Below, piece after piece: positions 39,317-48,376 of a stretch of DNA of 64,000 nucleotides (the stretch's first letter is position 1; every line of letters begins with the position of its first letter). The stretch spans positions 2,828-66,827 of the forward strand of contig WGAI01000072.1 in NCBI GenBank assembly GCA_015489175.1, in the 5' to 3' direction. A model generated the notes under the pieces. That model worked only from the letters and a program-made list of their open reading frames with translations. It did no database searches and was not told the DNA's origin. The position numbers and the translations under genes were made by a program. This DNA comes from a candidate division WOR-3 bacterium (GTDB lineage Bacteria > Hydrothermota > Hydrothermia > B15-G9).

Positions 39317-41485
39317 ATGGTTATGTGGCTTGCCATGATGATATTTGCTTTTGGTCAGGTTGGGATGTCCCACTCTGGCCTATCCGCTCTGCCCGATGTG
39401 GCTGAGGAAGAGTATTCTCCTGAGTTCGACTCATCCAATGTCAGATTTGTAGGTGCATGGTCGTTTGGAGCAGCATCTTATGCGGTCTATGGCCATGACA
39501 ACATAGTTTTCATGGGTGCAGGCGGCGGCATCTATGTGCTTGACATGAACGATCCTTCCAATCCTCAAAAAATCAGTGAGATAGGCACGAGGGGGTTTGT
39601 GCATGGGTTGTTCTATCTGGACGGTAAGTTGTTTGTTGCCGATGGGACCGGCGGCCTTGAGATATGGGATGTCAGCGATTTATCCACTCCTGTGAGGTTA
39701 AGTTCAGACCTAACATCGGGCTTTGCGAGGAGTGTCTATGTGGTTGGAAATTACGCCTATGTGGCAGATGATTGGGGTGGCCTGCGGGTGTTCGATGTCA
39801 GCGACCCGTCAAATCCGCATCAGGTGGGCCGTTGCTCTGTCCCATTGGACCCGTATGATGTGTTTGTGTCCGGAAATTATGCTTATGTGGCCGACGCCCA
39901 TTTCGCCCTGCATGTCATCGATGTAAGTGATCCGACAAATCCGCATGAGGTGGGTTCCTACGGGTTCAGAAGTGGTGCAATGGGTGTTTATGTCGCTGGC
40001 AATTACGCCTATGTTGCCGCTGATTGGTCAGGGTTGAGAGTGATTGATGTTAGCGACCCAATTCACCCTCGCGAAGTTGGCTTTTACAATTTAAGTGAGG
40101 CTTACGATGTCCATGTTGAAGGCAATTACGCCTATGTGGCAGATATGTGGGGTGGCCTGCGTGTTATAGATGTCAGCGATCCGACAAATCCGCATGAAAT
40201 AGGCCATTTTACCGTTGAACATGCCCCTGCACGCTGCGTCTATGTATCCGGCGGTTACGCTTATGTGGCTGCACAGGACAAAGGTGTCAGGAGCATCGAT
40301 GTCAGCGATCCATCAAATCCGCAGGAAGTGGGCCATTACGACACACCGGGTTATGATCAGGATGTCTTTGTAAGGGGAGATTATGCCTATGTGGCCGAAT
40401 ATCCAACGGGTTTGCGGATAATAGACATCAGCGATCCCGCGTATCCACATCAGGTCGGGTTTGTGGGTGTCCTTGATGTGGGAGCCTATGCGGTGTATGT
40501 AGCCGATAATTATGCCTATCTCGCTTCAGGCTTTCAGGGGCTGCGCGTGGTGGATGTGAGCGAACCTGCGAATCCTCATGAGGTTGGGTATGACTATACG
40601 CCGGGTATCGCACAGGATGTCTATACCGTCGGGAATTACGCCTATATCATTGCAAGCGGTCATCTTAGCGTTGTGGATGTTGGCGATCCATCGAACCCAC
40701 ACGAAGTTTCACGCTTCACCCCGCAGGGAAATTTGACCAGCCTGCACATCGCTGGCAGTTATGCCTATGTTACTGACGATTGCTGTCAAGGAAAATTGAG
40801 AGTAGTTGACATCAGCGATCCGTTGAACCCGCGTGAGGTAGGTTATTGCTCCACGGCAAACGAACCTGAGGATGTTTATGTCGCTGGCAATTACGCTTAT
40901 GTTGCAGCTGCCGATTCGAGTCTGCGAGTGATAGATGTCAGTGACCCGTCAAATCCGCACGAGGTAGGATACTACCGCACATCGGATGAGGCGTTGGGCG
41001 TCCATGTTGTTGGCGATTACGCTTATGTTGCGGTCAGTGATTCGGGTCTGTTGGTGATAGATGTCGGCGACCCGTCAAATCCGCATCAGGTGGGTTACAC
41101 TAAGCCGCCCGGCAAGGCTGTTGGCATTTTTGCCGATAGCAATTATGTCTATCTGGCGGATAGGGATGTCGGGCTTCACATCTACCAGTTTTATGGGCAG
41201 GGGATCGATGAAGGGGATGTTGTTCAACCTGTGCCTCGCAGGTTTGAACTGATGGTGAATTCACTCAGCAGTTTTGACATCGCCTTTGAGGTCGTGGACT
41301 GTTCGGAGGTGGAGCTTGAACTATACGATGTGGCGGGCAGAAAGGTCTGGAGTGGGAAGTATCGCGCCGGACACCACAGCGTCAAGATGCCGATGGCCTC
41401 CGGCGTTTACATCCTGAAGGTTGAGATAAGAAGCGGCTCTGAAATGCTAAGTTACACGAAGAAGCTGATCATCCTGAGCAACTGA
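39317..41485 (+). CDS. LVIVD-repeat (beta-propeller) protein with a T9SS C-terminal domain
   Basis: GGGGGTGA SD before ATG 39317. About 15 tandem copies of a ~45-aa unit GNYAYVAD.WGGLRV.DVSDPSNPH.VG. C-terminal ELELYDVAGRKVWSG...SGVYILKVEIRS...KKLIILSN. Confidence 0.7.
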   Translation: MVMWLAMMIFAFGQVGMSHSGLSALPDVAEEEYSPEFDSSNVRFVGAWSFGAASYAVYGHDNIVFMGAGGGIYVLDMNDPSNPQKISEIGTRGFVHGLFYLDGKLFVADGTGGLEIWDVSDLSTPVRLSSDLTSGFARSVYVVGNYAYVADDWGGLRVFDVSDPSNPHQVGRCSVPLDPYDVFVSGNYAYVADAHFALHVIDVSDPTNPHEVGSYGFRSGAMGVYVAGNYAYVAADWSGLRVIDVSDPIHPREVGFYNLSEAYDVHVEGNYAYVADMWGGLRVIDVSDPTNPHEIGHFTVEHAPARCVYVSGGYAYVAAQDKGVRSIDVSDPSNPQEVGHYDTPGYDQDVFVRGDYAYVAEYPTGLRIIDISDPAYPHQVGFVGVLDVGAYAVYVADNYAYLASGFQGLRVVDVSEPANPHEVGYDYTPGIAQDVYTVGNYAYIIASGHLSVVDVGDPSNPHEVSRFTPQGNLTSLHIAGSYAYVTDDCCQGKLRVVDISDPLNPREVGYCSTANEPEDVYVAGNYAYVAAADSSLRVIDVSDPSNPHEVGYYRTSDEALGVHVVGDYAYVAVSDSGLLVIDVGDPSNPHQVGYTKPPGKAVGIFADSNYVYLADRDVGLHIYQFYGQGIDEGDVVQPVPRRFELMVNSLSSFDIAFEVVDCSEVELELYDVAGRKVWSGKYRAGHHSVKMPMASGVYILKVEIRSGSEMLSYTKKLIILSN
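39700..41160 (+). repeat. Intragenic tandem array of ~135-nt LVIVD repeat units
   Basis: Recurrent ...gatgtcagcgatcc(g/a)(t/a)caaatccgca(t/c)(g/c)a(g/a)gt(g/a)gg... blocks spaced about 135 nt apart inside the CDS. Confidence 0.6.
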
Positions 41486-41801
41486 CACATAGCGTTTGAG
41501 CAACAGGCTGGATCGTTGCGCCTACCGTGCCCGTCAGGTCAGATTTTGAAGGTGCGGTTGGGAACTCCTCAGGCGATGGGCAGGCTAATCGTCTGTTGAA
41601 TGACCTCGTCCTTAATGGCGTCGTGGTTCGGCTCGCCATCTTACGGTCGATTCTGTCCGGTCTTCGGGGTGAATTCATTTTAGTCTAACGCAAAACTCCA
41701 GAATAAAGCTGGATTGAGCAGCAGGGGGCTTCTCGCATGTTGGTTTGGCCTGCAATAGCGAAAAAGTTTATCATTAAGCACTTAAAATCAGGAGGTGTCA
41801 A

Positions 41802-42365
41802 ATGGGATATAACTTTAACTGGATGCGAAAAAACATTGAAGAATGCAAGGGCACCACATGTGAGGTGCTTTTCGGATGGGGACTTGACCGGGGTGAAGCT
41901 AACCCGTTGAGACAGTCCGTCCGCAAATCAGTCTTTGACTACATAAATTCGTTGATAAAATCGGACAGAGTCAAAGGGCTTTGCCTCAAAGCGCCCGTGG
42001 ATGTTGTGTTGTCGGAAAGGGATCTCGTGCATCCCGATGTCGTATTTCTGACAACTGACAAGATGGAGCTCTGGGATGGAAACGAGGTCAAAGGTGCGCC
42101 AACCCTGATAGTGGAAGTGCTTGAGGATGAACATGATTACATTCAACTGCTCCTGAAAGCTGCGCTTTACGAAAACTATCAGGTACCTGAATTCTGGGCA
42201 GTCGATCCATTCAAGAAAGAGATAAATCACTATGTCTATCGCGGATTTGACATGAAGCCGTTTCTGAGCTTTGAAGGCGCTCACAGCATAGGCGATACCT
42301 TCGTCTCGGATTCGCTTGGAGGCGTTGAGATAAGCGTTGAGAAAATCTTTGAGGTGCTGGAATGA
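41802..42365 (+). CDS. Uma2-family (DUF820) putative restriction-endonuclease-fold protein
   Basis: PD-(D/E)xK-like blocks HPDVVFLT...PTLIVEVLEDE...YQVPEFWAVDP are characteristic of Uma2. AGGAGGTG SD. ATGA overlap with the next gene. Confidence 0.6.
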   Translation: MGYNFNWMRKNIEECKGTTCEVLFGWGLDRGEANPLRQSVRKSVFDYINSLIKSDRVKGLCLKAPVDVVLSERDLVHPDVVFLTTDKMELWDGNEVKGAPTLIVEVLEDEHDYIQLLLKAALYENYQVPEFWAVDPFKKEINHYVYRGFDMKPFLSFEGAHSIGDTFVSDSLGGVEISVEKIFEVLE

Positions 42366-44992
42366 CATCGTTGCTCCTGTGGATCGCATTTGCGGCTGCT
42401 CCGTGGCAACAGGGAGTCCGTTATTGGATTCACGCGACGCTGGACGATTCCCTCAACTCCATTATCGGACATGAGGATGTGATGTATGTCAATAATTCAC
42501 CAGACACCCTCCAATTCATCTGGTTCCACCTTTACCCGAACGCATTTCGCCCGAACTCGGTTTATTTCAAGGAAAGGGAGGAGCTTTTGGGCGACTACTC
42601 ATGGAGGTCAGCTGACGATTCGGATTTCGGTCGGATAGATGTGCTCAATGTGGTTGTCGATGAGGACACTGTGCGCGACATCTCGGTGAACGATACCGAG
42701 ATGAAAATTCCTTTTCCTGCTTCCCTTGCTCCCGCTGACACCGCCCATATCTCGATGGATTTTGTCGTGAAAATCCCGAAAGTGTGGGAAAGATTTGGTC
42801 ATGAGGGGCACCATTACGCCATAACTCAGTGGTATCCAAAAGTCGTTGTTTACGACGAAACCGGCTGGCATCCCGACGGTTATCATCTGATGGGTGAGTT
42901 CTACGGCGAATTTGCGCACTACGATGTCTCACTAACACTTCCGATCAGGTATGTGATCGGAAGCACCGGTCGGATTGTTGCCCCGTCCAGCTACATCGAA
43001 CGGCTTGATTCCATCATGTCCGGCGTGGAGGTGGATACGACAGCCGATGCGATAGTCAATGTTCATCTGGTTGCCGATAGCGTGCACGATTTCGCAATCG
43101 TGGCGGCCCCCGATTATAGGATGCATCGACAATTGTGCGGCTCAACTGAAGTGCTGACCATGTTTTACAGGGATTCGTCCCTGTTTAGTTCTGTTCCGAG
43201 GTTTGTCTGCACCGTTCTCGACAGCTATCAAAGGTGGTATGGCCCATATCCTTACGGGAAATTAACTGTGTCTCAGGCCCCCCACAAAAACGCAATGGAG
43301 TATCCGAAACTCGTCATCATTCCACCGTCTATCGGAAAGGGCAACCCTTCGATCAAGCGTCTCAACAAATTCAAAGAGACCGTTGCGCATGAGATCGCAC
43401 ATCAATGGTTTTACGGCGTCCTTGCAAACAACGAGATGGCCGAATCATGGCTCGATGAAGGCTTTGCCACATTCACTCAGGTCAGATTTATGAGGACAGT
43501 GGACACAATACCGAAGAAGAGGCCGCCGATGGATGCACTGCTCATTCATGGGGTCATGGGAACACCGTTTGATAAGCCTATACTCGACACAAAGCCATAC
43601 ACAGGCCAGATATACTGGATCAACTCCTACATCAAAGGCCGCAGAATACCATCGATGGTCAGATGGATCGTGGGGGACACTGTATTCGATTCCATAATGC
43701 ACACATATTACCGTGATTATGCCTTCAAACATATCCGTTCATCAGATTTTCAGCATGTTGTGGAGGAGGTCACAGATTACGATTGGGATTGGTTCTTCAA
43801 CCCGTGGCTCAGGACGACCACATACCCCGATTTCAGCTTCAGGAAACAGGGCGATGGCAGGATAACCCTCAATGTGAAAGGGCCTGTTATGCCCGTGCCT
43901 ATTGGATGCGGAGACTCGTCTTTGAGAGCTGAAAGTGGGCAGCAAACGGTCACGCTTCCGTCTGAATGCCGTCCAATTCTCGATCCGAAGGACATCTTTG
44001 TCGAGACCGATGAGACCAACAACGGGAAACGGCCACGAATTGGCTTCCTGTTACCGGGATTTGACTACATGCGCGACGATTGGGTCATTGTGCCCATGCC
44101 GAGCATTAGGATGCCGGGCGTTAGCATCCTGAATCTGAAATATCAGGATCTTCGCGGCACCCTGCTGTCCGCCCTTTACGATTGGGATAAAAAGAGGACA
44201 TTCCTGTTCGGTAGTTCCATGAGCTTAAAGCCGGGCATCTGGAACACAGCTTGGAGGTTCGACGGTTATCCGCCTGAGGTGCTGACGGCTGACATCGGCA
44301 TCTTCAAACTCTCGTCAAAACACCTTGTCGCGACAAACGGCCACATCGACAGAACCGGCCTCAGATTTGTCAGGGTAGCGAATGCCAACATCAACATCGT
44401 GGGAGAACAGTATTCAGATAGCACATTCAGCTCGACGACCCCAAATTATCTGGTCACAGGGATTTATTATTCAGGCGGCTGGTGGCACAAATATCCTTAC
44501 TTTTCATTGAACTCAGGAGGGCACATCGAGCTCAACTACTCCTTTAAAGATCACAGCGGGCCTTACGCCAGATTGAACCTCAGCGCCATGCTGTCACTCG
44601 CCCGCCCGTTAAACATCTCGTTAGAAGGGGAATCGGAATTTATCGTGGGGAAAGATGTCCCTCGCTTCGACATGGCATCGGTGGGCGGGCATCGTATCTA
44701 CCGGTTTTCGTGGACTCAAGGGCCTGCACTCCCGGGTTATTACCGACATCAGCTTTTGGGAAGGAGTATGGTCGATATAAAGGCCTCCGTTCAGGCTGTG
44801 CCCGGGATAAGCCTTTACGCTGCCGCGGCCTGGCTGGATTTTCAGCCGCACATCTATCGCGAATTCGGCATAAGGTTGGCCATCCCGATTGGCAACGCTG
44901 CTCCTGCCCTGTATTTCCCAATCTGGATATCGGATCCGCTTGAGGGCGAACAAAATTGGGGTCTGCGTGCCGTTTTTGTCGTGTATCAATGA
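42362..44992 (+). CDS. M1-family (gluzincin) metallopeptidase-like protein with a long C-terminal extension
   Basis: HEIAHQWFYG followed 18 residues later by WLDEGFATF, giving the HEXXH-X18-E signature. 876 aa. N-terminus MTSLLLWIAFAAAPW is a possible signal peptide. Confidence 0.65.
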   Translation: MTSLLLWIAFAAAPWQQGVRYWIHATLDDSLNSIIGHEDVMYVNNSPDTLQFIWFHLYPNAFRPNSVYFKEREELLGDYSWRSADDSDFGRIDVLNVVVDEDTVRDISVNDTEMKIPFPASLAPADTAHISMDFVVKIPKVWERFGHEGHHYAITQWYPKVVVYDETGWHPDGYHLMGEFYGEFAHYDVSLTLPIRYVIGSTGRIVAPSSYIERLDSIMSGVEVDTTADAIVNVHLVADSVHDFAIVAAPDYRMHRQLCGSTEVLTMFYRDSSLFSSVPRFVCTVLDSYQRWYGPYPYGKLTVSQAPHKNAMEYPKLVIIPPSIGKGNPSIKRLNKFKETVAHEIAHQWFYGVLANNEMAESWLDEGFATFTQVRFMRTVDTIPKKRPPMDALLIHGVMGTPFDKPILDTKPYTGQIYWINSYIKGRRIPSMVRWIVGDTVFDSIMHTYYRDYAFKHIRSSDFQHVVEEVTDYDWDWFFNPWLRTTTYPDFSFRKQGDGRITLNVKGPVMPVPIGCGDSSLRAESGQQTVTLPSECRPILDPKDIFVETDETNNGKRPRIGFLLPGFDYMRDDWVIVPMPSIRMPGVSILNLKYQDLRGTLLSALYDWDKKRTFLFGSSMSLKPGIWNTAWRFDGYPPEVLTADIGIFKLSSKHLVATNGHIDRTGLRFVRVANANINIVGEQYSDSTFSSTTPNYLVTGIYYSGGWWHKYPYFSLNSGGHIELNYSFKDHSGPYARLNLSAMLSLARPLNISLEGESEFIVGKDVPRFDMASVGGHRIYRFSWTQGPALPGYYRHQLLGRSMVDIKASVQAVPGISLYAAAAWLDFQPHIYREFGIRLAIPIGNAAPALYFPIWISDPLEGEQNWGLRAVFVVYQ

Positions 44993-44993
44993 G

Positions 44994-46142
44994 ATGATAG
45001 TCGCAACGGAAGGCAGGGCAAAGCTACATTACGAAGAACACGACGAGGTGTTTTTCAATCCCAGAGGTAGATTGGCGAGGTCGATGGGCGTCCTTGCCGC
45101 GAGGGCTTTCTCTAAGATGACATTGAACGACAGGCTTGTGATAGCCGATGCTTTTACGGGCATAGGCGCCAGAGTTGTCCGTTATCTGCTTGAGGACGAT
45201 GATCGCATAAGCGTGGTGCACGCAAACGATTCATCCATGCCCGCCCTTGAGTTCGCCATTCGCAATGTGAGGCTGAACGGAGTGGCCGAAAAAGTCAAAT
45301 TTCACTGCCTTGAGGCGCGTAGGTTCTTCTGGCGAAGCGTTCAAGCCAATCTGTTTTACGACATAATCGACATAGATGTTTTCGGCACGCCCATGCAGTT
45401 CATCCCATTTGCCGTCAATGCCTTAAAACACAAAGGGGCTATCTATGTGACATCGACGGACACGGCGCCACTTTGCGGCATAAATCGGAGGGCAGCGTTC
45501 CGAAATTACGGGGCTGTCGCTGAGAACTTTGAGTTTTGCCACGAGACAGGCGCACGCATTGTTATCGCCGCCGTTGTGAAAGCAGTTGCTCAACAAGCCT
45601 ATATTGCAAGGCCGCTTTTTACGCTTTTCGATGGCTATGCCTTCCGCATCTTCGTGGCCGTGCAAAAGGGGCGGCGCGGGTTTCCTGTCGATAAATTTGG
45701 ATTCGTCGTCAGATGCCCGTCCAGCGGCAGGGTAATGGTTTTCAAACAGAAACATGCAGGTAGGTTCTCACTGGATTGCAAAAGTGACCTTCAGATAGCG
45801 GGGCCGCTTTGGATCGGGGAGCTCCACGACGCCGAATTTTTGAATCAGATGCTCGATGAGCTCAATGAAGATTGGTTCTCTGAAAGGGACAGATCGAAGC
45901 TTAAGAAGACGATAAAGCTAATGGAAGCCGAGGTAGGCATGCCCCCGTTTTTTCACGACATAAGTGCTTTATCCGATCGACTCAATATCAACACGCCTCG
46001 CAAGGCCGACCTCATAAACGAGCTGAGGCGCAGAGGGTTTAAGGCCGGGATGACGCATTTCAGCGGACTTGGCATTAAGACCGATGCCGATTTCGACACA
46101 CTTGCCGATATAGCCGTATCGGTAGTAAAAGGCGGCAGATAA
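44994..46142 (+). CDS. tRNA (guanine26-N2)-dimethyltransferase Trm1-like methyltransferase
   Basis: FNPRGRLARSMGVLAARAF...DAFTGIGARVVRY...IIDIDVFGTPMQFIPFAVNALK matches Trm1 SAM-MTase motifs (D.FG.P..F). Start placed at ATG 44994, just after the upstream stop; the ORF-track 5' extension overlaps the previous gene. Confidence 0.6.
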   Translation: MIVATEGRAKLHYEEHDEVFFNPRGRLARSMGVLAARAFSKMTLNDRLVIADAFTGIGARVVRYLLEDDDRISVVHANDSSMPALEFAIRNVRLNGVAEKVKFHCLEARRFFWRSVQANLFYDIIDIDVFGTPMQFIPFAVNALKHKGAIYVTSTDTAPLCGINRRAAFRNYGAVAENFEFCHETGARIVIAAVVKAVAQQAYIARPLFTLFDGYAFRIFVAVQKGRRGFPVDKFGFVVRCPSSGRVMVFKQKHAGRFSLDCKSDLQIAGPLWIGELHDAEFLNQMLDELNEDWFSERDRSKLKKTIKLMEAEVGMPPFFHDISALSDRLNINTPRKADLINELRRRGFKAGMTHFSGLGIKTDADFDTLADIAVSVVKGGR

Positions 46143-46207
46143 GGTTGTAAGTCAGTAAAATTTTTGAGGAATGATAGATATTGGATAATGTGCAGTTAGA
46201 AAGATAA

Positions 46208-46324
46208 GCTTTGGGAGTCGCATATGGCAATTCAACTCAGGAGGTAGCTAATTATCTTGGAATTAGTGTGAAGGAAGTTCATTATTTAGAGAAGCGCATC
46301 CTTAAAGATGTCGTGAAAGCATGA
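46208..46324 (+). pseudogene. Orphan sigma-70 region-4-like HTH remnant (about 38 codons, no credible start)
   Basis: Translates to ALGVAYGNSTQEVANYLGISVKEVHYLEKRILKDVVKA*, the classic C-terminal HTH of ECF/sigma-70 factors. It is bounded upstream by an in-frame TAA, and every frame upstream is full of stops. Confidence 0.3.
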
Positions 46325-46435
46325 AAAGGACATGCCTGGGTCGCTTTCTGAACAAATTTGTGACAATTCTTGAGGAGATGAAAGGATAAATCGGCTCGGA
46401 TTTGTGCTTTTCGGGGCAAAGTTGCCTCCCTCTCC

Positions 46436-47461
46436 TCATCTTTTCCTCTTTTGCAGGAAATAGGCCTTTCTTTTGTTGGCCAAATGTTGCTTGTAGGTTC
46501 GAGCGAACAGGTGGGTGCCATCTCCTTTCGATACAAAGTATAGATATGGAACTCTGGCGGGCTCGAGCACGGCCTTTATGGAGTTCAGACCCGGCGAACA
46601 GATTGGCCCGGGCGGCAATCCAGTGTGGATGTAGGTGTTGTAAGGAGAATTTATCTGGAGGTCGCGATATGTAAGCCTATTTTTGTGATGGGGGAGCGCA
46701 TACTCCACAGTGGCGCATGATTCAAGCGGCATCCCACGCTTCAATCTGTTGAGGAAAACCGCCGCTATCACAGGCCGCTCGGAATCAACCGCAGCCTCAC
46801 ACTCTACAATCGAGGCAAGGGTAAGTAACTCGTGGAGGGACATTTTTCTGCGGCTCATCTCCACCAGCAGCCCGTTTTGACGCAGTACCTCTATGAGCCT
46901 ACCCACCATCCTGTCTATGATGACAGCTTCATCCTCGAAATAGGAAAACTTGTAGCTGTCAGGAAACAGATACCCTTCAAGCGATTTAGGAGGTGGAAAA
47001 CCGTATTTTTCGGCGATACGCCTTATGAAAACCGAATCCTCAGCCAATCTCAAAAACCTGATGCTGTCGTTGCCCAGCCTCCTCGCAACAATACCGGCTA
47101 TGGCCTGTAACCTTTTGCCTTCCGGAATTGTAACAAGCACTCCCTTGACATTCGGCCCCTTGTAAAGCCGCCATGCAACTCTCAAAACGGGGGAATTTTT
47201 ACGGAACCTGTAAACCCCGGATTTGATCTTGCGGTCGATTTTAGTGAGTTTGAGTACGAATTCCAGCGCATCGGGATCGGACACCACGCCGCTGTCAGCA
47301 AGCATTTGAACAACATGAGTAGCTGCCTCGCCTTTCCTGACAACGACTTCAACCTCAGTCCCTTCCTCTCCGAGAAAACCGAAACAGACAAAACCTCCTA
47401 AAAACAAAATCAAGGTGAAAAACACAAACAGCAGGGCTATTAAGGCGTGCTTCCGCTTCAT
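46436..47461 (-). CDS. mltG: Endolytic murein transglycosylase MltG (YceG-like)
   Basis: N-terminal TM. YceG-like domain with NTYIHTGLPPGPICSPG near the C-terminus. Overlaps the upstream gene by 4 nt. Confidence 0.85.
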   Translation of the reverse strand: MKRKHALIALLFVFFTLILFLGGFVCFGFLGEEGTEVEVVVRKGEAATHVVQMLADSGVVSDPDALEFVLKLTKIDRKIKSGVYRFRKNSPVLRVAWRLYKGPNVKGVLVTIPEGKRLQAIAGIVARRLGNDSIRFLRLAEDSVFIRRIAEKYGFPPPKSLEGYLFPDSYKFSYFEDEAVIIDRMVGRLIEVLRQNGLLVEMSRRKMSLHELLTLASIVECEAAVDSERPVIAAVFLNRLKRGMPLESCATVEYALPHHKNRLTYRDLQINSPYNTYIHTGLPPGPICSPGLNSIKAVLEPARVPYLYFVSKGDGTHLFARTYKQHLANKRKAYFLQKRKR

Positions 47462-48375
47462 TTTCTCCTTTCGACATCGCTTTGTGGATACTTAGCCTTC
47501 ATCTTTTCGAGCAGTTCGTATGTTTTTGAGTCATGTCTGTATCCGCTAGCCCACGGGATATCGCTCTCATAGCCAAATTTGGCGTTAATCAGGTGCATGA
47601 ACAGCTCTCTCAAGTATTTCCCCACAATCGAGGCCATCGCTATGGGCAGAAACTTGCTGTCTCCATCGAGAATAAAATGTATCTCGCGGCCGTCATGAAG
47701 CCTGTAAACAGATGCGCTACGACTCTCCCTGACTTTCTCCACATCCAAACCGACAAGATTGAAAAGTGGAAGGTAATATTTCGTCCCTCCAATCTTACCG
47801 CACATCGCAATATCGAAATCCGACAGCCTCTCCATCACCTCGAAGAACTTGATGAAGTCGAGCTGTAGCTTGGACGACAGTGCTTTAAGCATTTCGTTGA
47901 ACTCGGTGGACGAAATTACCTCGACTTTGACATCTACGAGCTTGATGTTCATGCCAGTCAGCCATTTCCTGAGCGGATCTTCGTCAACAAATTTAGCCCA
48001 GATCGGCAGATTCACATCGTAATCGAGAGAGCTCAGTAACGGGGAAACCATGATGCGTGATAAGCCGCCATCCACAATCAGGTCAACAAGTTCTCCAATT
48101 GTTGATGCGTCCCTGTCATAGGCCAGCTGAACTATCGAAAGCGCGGTTATCTCTCCGAGTGAATAGCTCGTTTTCGACCTTGTAAACACCTTTTTGCTGT
48201 CTGCGAGTCCTCTGGGAAGCGACATATTGCGCATATCAAGATACAAAGTCGGGTCATCGGGAACTTGAAGCACCACACCTGAGACGGTCATCGGGCCAAT
48301 GATGGGGCCAAAAGCATTTTCATCAATCCCGGCAACACGGTAATTTTTATCTTCGCCAAAGACAAAAAGCTCCAT
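47458..48375 (-). CDS. RNase HII-family-like protein with a ~110-aa internal insertion (divergent)
   Basis: AGIDENAFGPIIGPMTV (compare AGVDEVGRGPLVGAVV), LADSKKVF (DSK), IVDG, then after the insertion AMASIVGKYLRE (compare SAASILAK) and ASGYRHDSKTYELL. Catalytic D/E/D/D positions appear retained. Confidence 0.45.
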   Translation of the reverse strand: MELFVFGEDKNYRVAGIDENAFGPIIGPMTVSGVVLQVPDDPTLYLDMRNMSLPRGLADSKKVFTRSKTSYSLGEITALSIVQLAYDRDASTIGELVDLIVDGGLSRIMVSPLLSSLDYDVNLPIWAKFVDEDPLRKWLTGMNIKLVDVKVEVISSTEFNEMLKALSSKLQLDFIKFFEVMERLSDFDIAMCGKIGGTKYYLPLFNLVGLDVEKVRESRSASVYRLHDGREIHFILDGDSKFLPIAMASIVGKYLRELFMHLINAKFGYESDIPWASGYRHDSKTYELLEKMKAKYPQSDVERRK

Positions 48376-48376
48376 C

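Noticed and set aside
38495-39373. 292-aa minus-strand ORF
   Set aside because: Antisense to the lipoprotein gene and the LVIVD gene start. His/Pro-rich low-complexity translation.
44889-44993. 5' extension of the Trm1 ORF in the ORF track
   Set aside because: The extension overlaps the 3' end of the M1 peptidase gene in another frame. The ATG at 44994 immediately after the upstream stop is the more parsimonious start.
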